Origin: Vicugna vicugna
Taxonomy: Eukaryota
NCBI GenBank assembly: GCA_013265495.1
Contig: MU058198.1
Span: 6,649,779 to 6,713,778 of the forward strand
DNA length: 64,000 bases
Reading direction: 5' to 3'
How positions within the stretch are numbered: position 1 is the stretch's first letter; each line of letters starts with the position of its first letter. The notes under the pieces were generated by a model. The model did no database searches. It had not been told where the DNA came from and saw only the letters and a list, made by a program, of their open reading frames with translations. Of the stretch, positions 10,101 to 43,099 are shown piece after piece. Made by a program: the position numbers and the translations under genes.

Positions 10101-13100
10101 CATTCTAAATATAGCACACTCTAGCCCCGTGCTCAGCGTGGTCCTGGACCAGGTTTGCTTACCTCCACAATTGAGGAAAGTCATGTAGGGGGAGGGGAGC
10201 TAACATTTAAGGATACCTCTCATGCACTAGGCACTGTGAAAACTGCTTGACACACTCAGTCTCCCATCTTTCCCTTGAAAGAGAGGTCCATTAGATTCAC
10301 TAAACAGGTGAGTAAGGTGAGGCTCAGAGAAGCTTAGTAATTCTCCCCAGGTTGTGCACATAAAAAGGAGCAGATCTGGGATTTAAAAATCTAGGCAGTC
10401 TGGTTCTAAAGTTTTGTTCTTAATCTCTATGGTATATCTCCTCCTTTATTCTTATTGTCATGAACAATCGTAAGCACATATTACCAGAGTCTTCATGTTT
10501 CAAAGCAAGTTCACATCATTCCCTCATTTGAGCCACACAGCAGCCCTGTGAGGTAGGTACTCACCTCATGTTACATGTGAGTAAACTGAGGCTCAGGGAG
10601 ATGGAGTAAATCAATGAATAGAAAGACAAAGATCAAAACAGGAGCCCCAGAAGGGAAGGCTTCCAAGCCCCAGTTTCATACCAGAGGCTGCTGCTTGCAT
10701 TTAGAGTGATCCTTGGGGAGCAGTTACATGGGGGTGGTGAAGGACAGGGTAAGTTAAAGCCGCCTGGTACAGCAGAAGGAGCCACAGGCCCAGAGGCAAG
10801 CAGTTCCAGCCCTGGCCCAATGCTTGCATCTAGCCATCACCCATCCATCACGTGGTCATCTGCAGAGCATATATTTTAGAGCTTCGGATGGGATCACAGG
10901 TGTTTTGTTTAGGCCATACGGGCTCACCCCACCTATTGCCACTGTTCACATAAGAGATTTGGAGGGTTAAACTGAGCTTGTCTGAGACAGGTTTTTGAGA
11001 GATTCAAGAGGTAGAAATGGCATGAATTGGAAGAGGTTGGGTGACTGGCAGATTTCTGCCTTGGATAGCTGGGTGGATAGCAGGGTCTTTTTTGCTGACC
11101 TAGTGCCTGTAAGAGGAGGAATGGCATCGTGAGTTGGGTCACATTTGGCTGTACTAGGATAGAGGAGCCTGTGCAATATCCAAGTGGAGCTATCCAGGGA
11201 CTTTGGCTTTGCAAGTTCAACAGGCTCCCAAACCTGAAAAAGAGACTGAAAAGAAGTGGCCAGCAATATGATGGCGATGAAAGTGTGGGAGGACATATCA
11301 GTTAGGACAAAGTTTGAAAAGCCAAATCAACAGTAGCTTAAATAAGATAGAAGTTTGTTTTTCTTAGAGTCCAGAGGTAGACATTCCAGGACTGATGTGG
11401 CAGCTCAACAAGTCAGTAGGAACCCAGGCTCCTCCTATGTTGCTGTTTTGCCATAGGTACCTAACTGCCTTGTGGTCCAGGATGACTGCTTGAGTGCCAG
11501 CCATCATGTCTACAATTCAGCCAGCAAGAGGAGGAGGAGTAAAGAAAAGCACACCCTTGCCGTTTGAGGAGTTGTGCCTGGCACATCAACCTACATCTCA
11601 TTAGCTGGAACTTAGTCATATGGCCTTGCTTAGTTACAGGGAAGCTGAGAAAGGTAGCTGGTTTTCTAGAATTTAGGCCACGAGCCCAGCTAAAAATGTG
11701 AGGCTCTAAGGTAAAAGAGAAAAGGACAAATGATGCTGGGGAAGAAAACTATGTCACTCTACAAGTGGGCAACAGGAAGATGGTTGTGACTTTGGCTGCC
11801 TACCATGTGACCTAGGCAAGCCATGTGAGCTCTCAGAGCCTCTGTGTTCTTCTCTCTAAAATGGGCGTGAATGGCGTCTTCTTGGGAGGATTAGACGAGC
11901 TGATATGCTTGGAGGGAAAGATCTGAACAGTTCTAAGGGTCCTGCAGTCAGGAGTGGGGACTGTCAAGGCCCGATCCCCCATCCTCAGGCCCACGAGGAC
12001 TCGGAGAAGCTGCGGGAGATCGTGCTGCCTATGGAGCAAGAGATTGAGGAGCTGAAGGCGAAACTGTTGAAGGCAGAGGAGCTGATCCAGGAGATCCAGG
12101 TGAGGGGGCGACCAGGGGGCACCACGGGAAGAAGGGGTGCCACAGGACCCTGGCCCCCAAGACTCTTCTCTGTCCCCTCTCCGTAGAGACGTCCCCAGCA
12201 TCCCCCTTCCCTGCACGGCTCCACAGAGTTGCTCCTGTCCCGGGACCCATCTCCTCCGCTGGAGCCTCTTGAGGAGCTGAGTGGAGATGGCACAGCGGCC
12301 GAGGCCTTCGCCCACAACTGTGACGACAGTGCCTCCATCTCCTCCTTCTCCCTGGGTGGTGGGGCTGGCAGCAGTGCCTCCCTGCCCCGTAGCCGCCAGG
12401 GCCTGAGCCCTGAGCAGGAAGAGACCGCCTCTCTGGTGTCCACGGGCACCCTGGTCCCTGAGGGCATCTACCTGCCCCCTCCTGGTTACCAGCTTGTTCC
12501 AGACAACCAGTGGGAGCAGCTGCAGATGGAGGTGAGTGGAGCATGGGGAGCAGCCTACCAACTTGCATGCATCCGTCTCTCTCTCACCAAGCACTTACTG
12601 AGCACCCAGTGTGTCCAGGCCCTGAGCTAGAGCTGGGGTTTTGACAGTGAAGATGAAAACCCCCACTCTTTTGGAGCTTCCTCCGAGTGAGGGGACCAGG
12701 GCCAGACATGCACAGGGGCACATGAGGAAGATGGGGTCACAGAGTGAGATGCCCAGAACAAGACTCAGTAGGGTCACGGGGTGGAGACTGGCCCTGCAGG
12801 AGACTAAGGCTTAGATGGTGAAAAAAGAGGTGTTCCTCGAAGATTGGGGACCAAAGGAACTGAATTTCCAGGGCCCAGAGGATGAACAGACCATGGTGCA
12901 TCTGGGGAGCAGCAAGGCCACCAAGGAGAAGAGAGATGAGATCAGAAAGGCAGGCAGGGACCGCAGGAGGTCGGCCTCGGGGACTGTGGGAAGCCTCCGT
13001 GGAGTTTAAGGCAGGGCGAGGCCTGCTCTGCTTTAGGCTTTTAACAGATCACGTGGGCTTCTGTGTAGGAATGGACTGTCATCGTAGGAGGGGGCAACGA

Positions 13101-16100
13101 GGGAAGCAGGATGACCGGTTGGGAGAGAGATGCTCTACAGCATTTAGAGGAAGGTGGACCAGGAGCTGGCAGCAGAGATGGAGAGGAGTGAGTGGGTTTG
13201 AAATCCACTTTGGAGGCTGACGGGGCAGGGCTTGCTGGTGTGTTGGACCTGGGGAACAGCGGAAGAGAGAAGAGTCAGCATCAGTTCCTGGGCTTTTGGC
13301 TTGAGCGACTGAGCAGATGACGACGTTGCCCACCGAGGTGCGGGAGGCCAGGCATGAGAGGCCTGGTGATGAGGGAGGCCTCCCCTTGGAGGCTGAGGCT
13401 GAGGCCGGGGTCTGTGGCAGGGGCGGCAGCTGCAGAAGGACCTGGAAAGCATCACCCGGGAGCGGGATGAGCTGCAGGAGGGCCTGAGACGGAGCAACGA
13501 GGACTGCGCCAAGCAGGTGGGCTCAGCCTCTGCTCCAGTCCCGTGCAGCCTCTGCTGCCTGCCTCCTCCTGGGCCCTGGCCTCACCCTTGCCCCCGCTTC
13601 CACCCACAGATGCAGGTGCTCCTGGCCCAGGTCCAGAACTCAGAGCAGCTGCTGCGGACCCTGCAGGGGACTGTGAGCCAGGCCCAGGAGCGGGTTCAGC
13701 TGCAGATGGTGAGGGCTGGGGGCCAGGGCAGGCGGGAGAGGAGTGGGCCAGCAGTTGGTTGAGGGGGACACGTGGAAGGTTGAGACACCTGTCCTGTGCC
13801 CTGCCCTCCTCCCCTCCAGCCACTCTAACTTTGCCCCGGAGTTGGTGCCAGGTGGGTAAAAGGGTTTCAAGGGCACCCGGCCCTGCCTTCAGGCAGAGCC
13901 CACCGTGCTCTGTGATCTTGAGCTAATCCACAAGCTCAGAGCCTCAGCCTTGCCGCCTTGAAATTGAGATAATGGGACTTCGCTTGCAGAGTTGTGAGGA
14001 TTAAAAGCAGGGATTGCAGAATCAGATACTTCCCAAAACCAGACTGGAGAGGCAGATGATTGAATTGGATCAGCTGTGAGGCAGGAGGGAATAGCAGGGC
14101 AAACCGAGGGACCCTATAAAGGGGGCTCATGCCCCTCGACTCCACTCGTTGGAGAGGGTAGGAGTGCAGGCTTGGTGCTGCCGAGTTTTCTCATTTGTCA
14201 AGAGAAGCCAGAGATCTGGATATTTATGTGCAGTCTCCCAGTTTTTAAAATTGGCAGTAATTTAAGGTTTAAAAACATCTGTATGGGGAGGAGGGTAATA
14301 GCTCAGTGGTAGAGCGCCTGCTTAGCATGAGTTCAATCCCCAGTACCTCCATCAAAAAAATTAAAACATTTAAAAAATTAAAAGCATCCGTATAGACCAA
14401 ATAAAACACCCGATGTGGCCTGTGCTGGCCACTTTGTGACCTCTGAGTCATCAAGGAGGGTGTAGAAAGAGCTTGGGAGCCACAGACACTTACTAAAGGG
14501 TGTTTCTTCCTTTCATGGCTGAGAAGGAGGGTGTGGGCTTCCTGGCTCTCCTTCCAGTGTCTGGGAAGAGTGCTCAGGGTTTGGCCTCACAGGAGACTGG
14601 AGATCCCTGTCCCCTCATCACCTCATACTAACTGTCTGTCCCCAGGCAGAGCTGGCCACCTCCCACAAGTGCCTGAGCCACGAGGTAAAGCGGTTGACTG
14701 AGGAAAACCAAGGGCTTCGGGCTGAGCAGCCACCGTCTTCAGTCCCCCTGGAGCAGGATGAGGGCCAGGAGGAGCCGCTGCCCAGCTCGCTGCCGGTAAG
14801 CCTGTTGCAGGCCCTTTCTCTCCACGTGCAGCAAAGCATTGGCCCTAGCCTGTGGGACTCGGGGACAGACCCAGGCTGCTGTGTACTAGCTATGTCACTG
14901 TGGCCAACTCACTTGACTTTTCTACGGCTCAATTTCCTCCTCTGCAAAATGGGACCATATCCCCTTTCCAGCACTGGCATGGACAGAAAGTAAGTTAACA
15001 GAACGCTTGACACCAAGGAAGCAGTAATTTGGTTTGTTATTTTTAAGTGACATGAGGTCCACAAAATTGAATTCATTGTAATCTTTGGTTCATAGCAAGC
15101 TTTCATCATTCGATCTGTGCATGGCCTTTGTTGATGGAATTATTAAAAATATGATGATCACCCAGAACCCTCACCCACCCTGAGAACTACAATTTACATA
15201 TCTCCTTACATGTGCCCCCACCCACCCAGTGTTCCTTGGCTCTGTCTCTGCTTCCTGAGCTTTATCATTCCTTTGCCACTCTTAGGTATTGTTTTTTACT
15301 ACATATACCTGACTGCCTAAATCGTGGAGTACTTTATAAAAGCTCAGAATCTTGCTCTGGATAATCTCCTGGAACTTTAAATCAGCGCCACTCCTGAGGG
15401 TCCTCCACCCGAGGAGTTGTGCTGCAGTAAAATATTCCTTGCTGTCCAGTGTGTTTGTCTAGTCTCCCCGTGGTGGGCATTCAGGTTGTTTCCCCTTTAA
15501 CATTTTCATCCTTCCTCCATTCGTTTCCCCTCTCCACAGTCTCCATCTAGCCGCTTGGTTCCTGGGGCATCTGCTCCCTGCCCAGCCTATGACTTGCATC
15601 CTTCTAGGAGCTGCAGCAGCTGGTACGCCGCACGCGGCAGGAGGCGCGGGCCCATCAGCAGGCCCGGGAGCACGAGGCTGAGCGCCTGCGGATTGAGATT
15701 GTGACGCTGCGGGAGGCGCTGGAGGAGGAGACAGCAGCGAGGGCCAGCCTGAAGGGGCAGCTGAGGGTGCAGCGTGAGGAGACAGGTGAGGGAGGGGGAG
15801 GGGGGCCACCCCACCCCCGAGGTGCTGGGAAGGGAGAGGGGGCACAGTCCCAGAACGAGCCTTGACCTCTTTCCTTTCTTTTCCTTTCCTTTCTGCACAG
15901 AGGTGTTAGAGGGTGAGTATGGGCTGGAGCCTGTCCCCAGCCGGGCGGGGCGGAGAAGGAGAGAGGGTGTGGGCCTGACATTTTGGCCCTGCCTGACTTC
16001 CCAGCCTCCCTGTGCAGCCTGAGGATGGAGATGGAGCGGGTCCAGCAGGAGCAGAGCAAGGTGAGGCTGGCCCGGGCCAGGCCGGGATGATGGGGGAGGG

Positions 16101-16961
16101 GTGGCAGCGGGAAGAAGACCCTCACCGGCCCCTGCTGCCCTTTATGTCTCCCTCAGTCCAGGCGGCAGGAAGTCCTAAGGCAGCCATCAGGCTCAGGCCG
16201 CACAGAAGAGGTCAGGGTCAGGAGTGGTGTCCAAGGGGTTACCCTATCCAGACATCCTGTTTCTTCGGCTCAAAACCCCAGCTCTGTGTCCTATCCTCCC
16301 AGGCCCAGCTCACAGACCTCCTCTCGGAACAGAGGGCAAAAGTGCTGCGGTTGCAGGCTGAGTTGGAGACCAGTGAGCAGGTGCAGAGAGATTTCGTACG
16401 ACTGTCCCAGGCCCTGCAGGTACGGCACATCCCCTCCCCACTGGGCGAGCACAACTCCAGGTGACTTCTCCCAGGTCTTGCAAGGACAGTCCCCCAGTTA
16501 GGGGAGCTTTCTTCCTCTTCCTAGAGCTGGCATGGTCCTGTCCTCTGAGCTATTGCTCAAAAAAAGCTGAAGATCTCGTGTGTCCATCTTGGTTGGTCAC
16601 ACGAAGCCCTCAGCCCAGGGCCCGGCATGTGGACGTGCCGCGTGATCATCACGTCAGCTCCACCTGCCCCTGCCCACCCTTCCTCAGGCTGCTCTCTCAG
16701 GACCCCTTTCTTCTCTTGAATCCAGTTTCTCTGTGGGTTGGGGGAGGTGGGGCCCTAGATACACTGGTTCTGGGCCCTTGTCGCTCAAGGGGCTGGTAGG
16801 TGGGCTGGCAGCTGCATTTTCCCACTAAGGGTCCTCTGCCTGCCTTGCTGGCCCTATAGGTGCGCCTGGAACGGATCCGGCAGGCAGAGAGTTTGGAGCA
16901 AGTGCGTAGCATCATGGACGAGGCACCCCTCAGGGACATCAGGGACATCAAGGACACCTGA
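6802..16961 (+). CDS. RABEP2: Rabaptin-5beta (RAB GTPase-binding effector protein 2), 13 coding exons, 564 aa
   Basis: Exons 6802-6862, 7331-7540, 9795-9952, 11989-12099, 12187-12531, 13421-13516, 13610-13708, 14646-14795, 15608-15785, 15901-15912, 16005-16060, 16303-16419, 16860-16961. All introns are GT-AG and the total is 1695 nt in frame. Peptide MAAAAP..ELAGALAEMETMKAVAEVSESTKAEAV..QVQRDFVRLSQALQVRLERIRQ..DIKDT*. Confidence 0.97.
8490..9230. repeat. MIR followed by an L2 fragment in RABEP2 intron 2
   Basis: ACATTTATTAAGCACTTACTATATGCCAGGC..TTTACAGAGGAAG..CAGAGAGGTTAGATAACTT (MIR core) and TCCAAACTCCTTGGCATGGCATTCAAAGCC (L2). Confidence 0.6.
9245..9470 (-). mobile_element. L1 3'-end fragment with a (TA)n tail
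   Basis: (TA)n at ~9249-9275, then TTGAAGTATAATTTGTTTACAATGTTGTGTTAATTTCTG..GTGCTATACAGTAGG, a typical reverse-oriented laurasiatherian L1 3' end. Confidence 0.75.
10195..10620. repeat. Two MIR fragments
   Basis: GTGAGGCTCAGAGAAG and GTAAACTGAGGCTCAGGGAG core motifs. Confidence 0.6.
11320..11750. mobile_element. MaLR (MLT1-like) solo LTR fragment
   Basis: GCTTAAATAAGATAGAAGTT..GTCCAGAGGTAG..CCAGGATGACTGC..CTCATTAGCTGGAACTTAGTCATATGGCC; family recognised from memory. Confidence 0.55.
12570..13340. repeat. L2 fragment in RABEP2 intron 5
   Basis: CAAGCACTTACTGAGCACCCAGTGTGTCCAGGCCCTGAGCTAG.. followed by a degenerate L2 body. Confidence 0.5.
14285..14380 (+). mobile_element. tRNA-Ala-derived SINE (camelid Vic-1-like), internally deleted
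   Basis: GGGG..TAGCTCAGTGGTAGAGCGCCTGCTTAGCATG..GTTCAATCCCCAGTACCTCC plus an A-rich tail, flanked by a TSD-like pair AAAACATCTGTAT / AAAGCATCCGTAT. Confidence 0.8.
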
Positions 16962-17429
16962 GGGGCTGGCACCCACCCACCCTGGAGGAGACTGCCCTTC
17001 TCCACTCCTGAACCATGAGGCTGAGGCTCTGGGGGTCTCAGGATGGAGACGTCTCTTTACCGTCTCCGAGCCTGAGAGGGTCCCTGTCCATCACCTCCTC
17101 CTAGGGGTGGCTGGGCCTTCTGTGTCCAAGGATGACACCTGGATGAGGGTCCCAACGCCCTCTGGGAACCAAAGGGTTAGGCTCAGCCCTGTGGCTTTCT
17201 GGCTGCCATGCTGCCTCCTGAGTCCCAGCCAGACTGACAGCCACACCTCCCCTCCCTGAGGTACAGCCAAGCTGTGAGTGGTGGCTGGGAGCCTTCGGCC
17301 GTGTCCCTCCATATATGCTCCCTGGGACAGGCAGCTGCTTTCCAGACTGCGTGACACTAAGATACTTGCTCCGAGGGGTCCCACGCAGGCCCAAGATGGG
17401 CACGGAGACAAGGCCAGAGTTTTCTGTCA

Positions 17430-17435
17430 TTTATT
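17430..17435 (-). terminator. ATP2A1 polyadenylation signal (AATAAA on the minus strand)
   Basis: TTTATT on + about 245 nt beyond the SERCA1b stop; it is the first such hexamer in the 3'UTR. Confidence 0.8.
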
Positions 17436-17438
17436 TTC

Positions 17439-17444
17439 AATAAA
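17439..17444 (+). terminator. RABEP2 polyadenylation signal AATAAA
   Basis: First AATAAA downstream of the RABEP2 stop (16961). Confidence 0.8.
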
Positions 17445-17679
17445 TAAGCAGCTCAGCTCAATCGGTCGCCTTGTCCCTGCAAGCCCCACGGGACTGGGGA
17501 GGGGAGGTTTTACCAGGGCAGAAGTGGGGGTGGGTTGCTGAGGGGGGAGGAAAAGTGAAGGGGACATTGTGTTTATAAACAGAAGAGGGGGGCGGGGAGT
17601 AGGGAACGTGGAGATCTGTGCCACAGCTCTGGCTGAAGATGCATCGCTATCAGGGTTGGGGGGAGGACAAAAGGACTGG

Positions 17680-32440
<14,761 letters not shown>

Positions 32441-32599
32441 TGTGCTCCCTTCCTGGGGGCCAGGGGGCGGTGTGTTCCTTCTTGGGGGGGGTTCTCACGT
32501 GTTCGGGGTCTTCCTCAATGTGTCCACCTGCCTGTCTGTCTGGGTTTCTTCCTTTTTCGCTCCTGCCCCCCCCAGGTTATTCTTCCCTCCACGAAGCTC

Positions 32600-32820
32600 T
32601 GACCCCAGTCCCACTTGCAGCAGCCGGCCACCCCCCCAGCCCCCAGCTGGTCCTTATGAGGGAGTGGGGGGGCCAGGCTCCCCCTCCCCCAGATCAGGGA
32701 TTGGCTGGCTGAGACTCCAGCAGGAGGGGTCAGAAGAGAGAGATATTTCTGCTGACAGAGGGGGAACAGTGGGGCTGCAGCCTGAGATGTCACTCATGAG
32801 GGAAGCTAAGGTGGCCCCAG
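32600..32820 (-). promoter_or_regulatory. ATP2A1 proximal promoter
   Basis: On the minus strand, CCAAT (32700-32704) is followed about 46 nt later by TATA-like CATAA (32654-32658, inside the CArG-like CCTTATGAGG) and E-box CAGCTG (32644-32649). This matches the CCAAT/CATAA arrangement recalled for the rabbit SERCA1 gene. TSS inferred at ~32628. Confidence 0.7.
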
Positions 32821-35800
32821 CCCCAGGCAAACAGGGGAGGGAGAGACTTCACTTTCTGTCTTCTGCTACTGACCCCTCCCCCAACTGCCTCAACTTCTTC
32901 AGCTGCATTGAGTGTCCCATTCCAACCTCAACCCCTCCGCTTCTTCCCTTAAGCCCACTTCTCTCAGACCTTCACTTCTCCCTTTCCTCACACCCACTTC
33001 CCGTCTCATCCCCCCGAACCTGTTTCTATAGCTGCAGTCTCCTTCTTCCTCACTTAGTTGAAAGTGCAGCAGAGAGACTCCAACCTTCAGGGGATTGAAA
33101 AGAGGGAGAACATCCTTCGGGGGCCAGAGGAAGTGGCCCTAGAGGGACAAGGGGAAGTAGGGAGGGGAGAGGGTCAAGGGGACAGGGCAGAAGATGGTAA
33201 CCCTACCCTAGGGAAGGGTTGCTGCAGCCATCAACAAGGGATTTAGTGTCCAGGCCCTGGTGAGCAAAGCCAGGACTGCCTGTCTGGCCTCTAAACCACC
33301 CCCCCCCATCACTCTAACTTAGCCTCTGAGAGCAGAGCCTACAGGGCCTCTCCATCCCTGACAGGGAATCCCCCCCCCCAACCAAGAAAATGGGATACCC
33401 AGGCAGCCGGGTAACCCAAGAGCCTACAGAATGTGCTGATGGCAGAGGAGGAGGGATCAGTGTTTCAGAATGGGGGCAAGGGTCACCCCAAGTCATGGAA
33501 TGAGGGTCACCTCATCCCATACTGTGCTCTCCTTTAACCCAAGGGGTTTACATGGCAGACCCCAGATGGCATGTGGTCTGCACTCCACCCTGGCCCTGAA
33601 GTAGCTGTCCTCAGTGGAGGGGGAGTGAGGATCAGAGCTGTGTGCTAAGGTGCTGGGCATACCCTGTCGGCAAAGGCCTGAGGGAAGGAGCATCCAGAGA
33701 AAGCTGGATAAAGCAGAGATTCCTGGCCAGAGGATTGGATGGCGGGCAGATTGATGGGGACAGGGCTAGGGGAAATAAGGACAGACAGAGCTGGGGGCAT
33801 AGAGGCAGGGCTGCCAGGGTCAGGGGGAAGTCTGCGGAGCAGTGGGGAAAAGGGACAGCAGGGAACTGACATTCGGCGGCCAGGTGGGTGGGGGCCCAGG
33901 GCTGGGTGCAAAGCCACAAGTGGTTGCTGAGTAGCTGGCCTGGTATCAGCTTCCTCAGAAGCAGCTGCTCTGAACCCCCACCCCCACTCCCGCTCTGGGA
34001 TAGGGGCGTCTCTTGGTCACTACCAGGGCAGCTGTGCGAGGAGCAGACAGAAGATGGCATGGGGTGCGGGCAAGAGAGGTAAAGGGAGTAGAGAGAGGAG
34101 AGAAGTTCAGTGAGAGAATGGTGAGAGGTCAGTGACGGGAAGAAGCAGCCTCATGGCCCTGGCCTCAAGTCCTTCCTCTGTCGAGGCCTGTTTCCTGAAA
34201 TGAGCAGGGAGGAGTATGGCCCACTGAGGCTTCCCTACCTGGCACTCAAGTTCCAAAGCAGACAATGGCATAGGAGTCAGCGGGGCACAGGAGAAGCAAG
34301 CCCTGCTTCTGGGGAGTAGGGAGGCCAGCAGGAGTGGATGGGACTGAAGGATTTAGCCCCCCATATTCATCCTTTCCTTTGCCTGGACTTGGGGGAGGGC
34401 AGCCTCTCGGGTGAATTGAGGACACGGTGCTCCTTCCCTCCCCCTTTCATGGTTCCAACAGACCCTTCCTTGAAGCAGAATCCTGCTGTGCCCTGGGGGG
34501 GTGGGGGGCTCAGATGATAGGATGTGAATGTTGGGGGTCACATTGACAGGCACCTCTACCTGGCCCAGCACCCACCTTCTTAGGCCAGAGTCAGGCTTAG
34601 CATCTGCCAAGCCTTTTTGGTGCTGGCTGGCTTCTCCCCGCCACCACCTGGAGGAGTGACAGCGGCACTGTCTTAAAGGAGCAGAAATGCCCAAACATGG
34701 AGAAGGGGGAGAAGACTGCAAAGATCGCAGCTTCAAGGGACTTGAGAGCAAGAGGCCGAGGAAAGGAGGCTGGCTTTACAGGACACTGCTGCCAACGGGG
34801 CCCTTTAAGGTTATTCATTTCTACCTCCCCCAACTTCCCAGAGGGGAAACTGAAGCCAGAGAGGGAGAGCCACGTGCCAAGAGCTGCAAATGGATCACCA
34901 TCAGGGAGGCTGGGGTGTGAACTGGGATGGAGGTGCACGCGCTCTTGGGTCCCTCCCACTAGGGTCTCCGAGCCCAAAGTAGGAAGGTGTTCTTCCCCTC
35001 CTGAGGGCTGAAGCTGAGGATGGGAGAGGCGTAGTGAAGGACACAGAGATAGAGCCCGGCCCATCCCTGACCAGTCCCAAATCTCAGCTGAACCATCCAT
35101 AAAGAAAGGTTGAGAGGAAAATTGTCTCTTAGGTTCCTCCAGCCAAGACATGCAAGTCTTGGGGGACAGGGGCCCTTGTACCCTTCCCCTACCCATCTTC
35201 AGAAGGCAAGTCCCTGAAGGCTGGCAGGGTTTAGGAGAAGGGGGGAGCCTCGCAGCAGCAGTTGCTGCTAGATTAGGAGAGGATCAGGTCCTGCTTACCC
35301 TGGGGCGCAAAAGCCTTCACTAACCATCTCACTTTGAGAACAGGGCATCCAGATCCCCAAACCATTCCCCCTGTCCCATTTGGCAAGGCCAATTCTCTCC
35401 CCAGTCTCCTGAGGCCAAGGTCTGGGGGAGCCCCAGGGATTAGACAAAACCAAGAGAGACAGAGGACTTCCCCCAGCTAGCCCCCAGCCTGGGTGGCCTG
35501 TGATCCCAGCTGTCTCCTGTCCGTCTCCCAACAGGACGCAAGGCTCAGAATAGCAAGGTCATAAGCATGGGTAGGGCCTCCTGGAGGTGGGGGCAGAGGC
35601 TGAGGGGCATGAGTGTAGACTCCCCACTGCCTGGGAGAGGCAGAATGGTAAGAGGCAGTGCTGGACAGAGGTGGGGAAGGGAGAGGGCCAAGAAAATAGG
35701 TGGGATTCTTCAGAGCCTGGCCCCTCCTTGTTGGCACCCACCACCCACAGAGCTGGGAAGCCCAGAGGTGCCCTCCATTGGAAGAGGGCACAGCTACAGT

Positions 35801-36700
35801 TCAGTTCAGAGAGCAGAGCCTGGGTTTAATGGGGGAGGGGTTGGGGTGGGGAAGCAGGGGAAGATATTGCAAACTCAAATGCCCACAGGCCTAGCTCGGC
35901 ATGTCATGTGAGTGAAGTGGGTTGGTGGGGATGGAGCACACGTCGAAGGTGGGTACCACGTCAGGCTGCATCTTCTGATTTTCAAGAGAAACCAGTAATC
36001 TGAATTTTATGACATTCCAGTGGAAACATTATCCAGGACAAGCAAATCATGTCAGCAGCTCCAACCTAGATGAAACTTCCCATTTTACAGATGAGGATAC
36101 TGAGGCCTGGAGAGGCTACAACTTGCCCAGGCCAAACAGCCAATGAGAAGCAAAGCCAGGGGTGGAAGCTAGCACTCTTTATCATCTATCTTCCAGCTTC
36201 CCAGCTTGGCTCTGAGAAGGGGGGCAGTCAGCCTGCCCTTGGGCCCCTCAGCAGCCAGACTATGGCTGCGTCTGGCTGCCGCATTAAACCTCTCCCAACA
36301 TGCCACTGCACCCCCACCCCCGCCCCCCCCCCCAATCTCTCTTGGCCTGCCTTCTCCCTAGGGTAGGAAGCCTTAACTGAAGAGTTCAGAGCAGGAAGTG
36401 TCCTTGGAGGTCATCAATCCTGATGTTCACTGTCCTGTCCTATTAAGAGAACTTGGCTGGAGACCCTGAGAAGCACTGTCTAGCTCTGCACTTACCGCTT
36501 AAGAAACTAGACAGCCCCCAGAGGAGCGATGGGCCGAAGGCACAGGACTGGAGAGCAACAGGGGCTTGACCTGACCCAGCCCTCCGGCCTCTCTGCTCTG
36601 GCGCTCACAACACTGAGAGGGCTGCCTTCCTGGACCATCTGTCCCAGCCCCCACTGCAAACACTGGCCACAGCCATCACGATGGAACCGAGATAAACCCT

Positions 36701-36710
36701 TTTATTTATT
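36701..36710 (-). terminator. SH2B1 polyadenylation signal (overlapping AATAAA hexamers)
   Basis: TTTATTTATT on + about 380 nt past the alpha stop. Confidence 0.8.
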
Positions 36711-37091
36711 TATGCTTCTCCATTTTGTTTAAAACAACAACAACAACCACCTTAATATAACTGACAGCCCTTCCCCCTCACCCTTCCTTGGGTTGGGGGG
36801 TGGTTAATGGGGAAATGTCCCCCAGGGGTGGGGCTGACCATAAGAGCCCCTTGGGGAGGTAATGGAGCCTGAATCCCCTGCCCAGGGGACGGGGCACCTG
36901 TAGTGTATGAACTGGGGCGTTAACAGGTCTCTTGAACCTTTTTGTACCAACATATATGCCCTTGGCCGTCAAGGGTCAGGAAGCATGTGGGGAGGGGATT
37001 CCTACCACTCCTCTATGTCCCTGCCCAGCCCCAATCCCACCAACTGAGGGCTAGGGCACAAGAAGAGTGGAGAAAGGGTGGGTAGGGTGTC

Positions 37092-43099
<6,008 letters not shown>

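Noticed and set aside
17045..17067. 7-bp hairpin GGAGACG..CGTCTCC in the RABEP2 3'UTR
   Set aside because: It is too short to distinguish from chance in GC-rich sequence.
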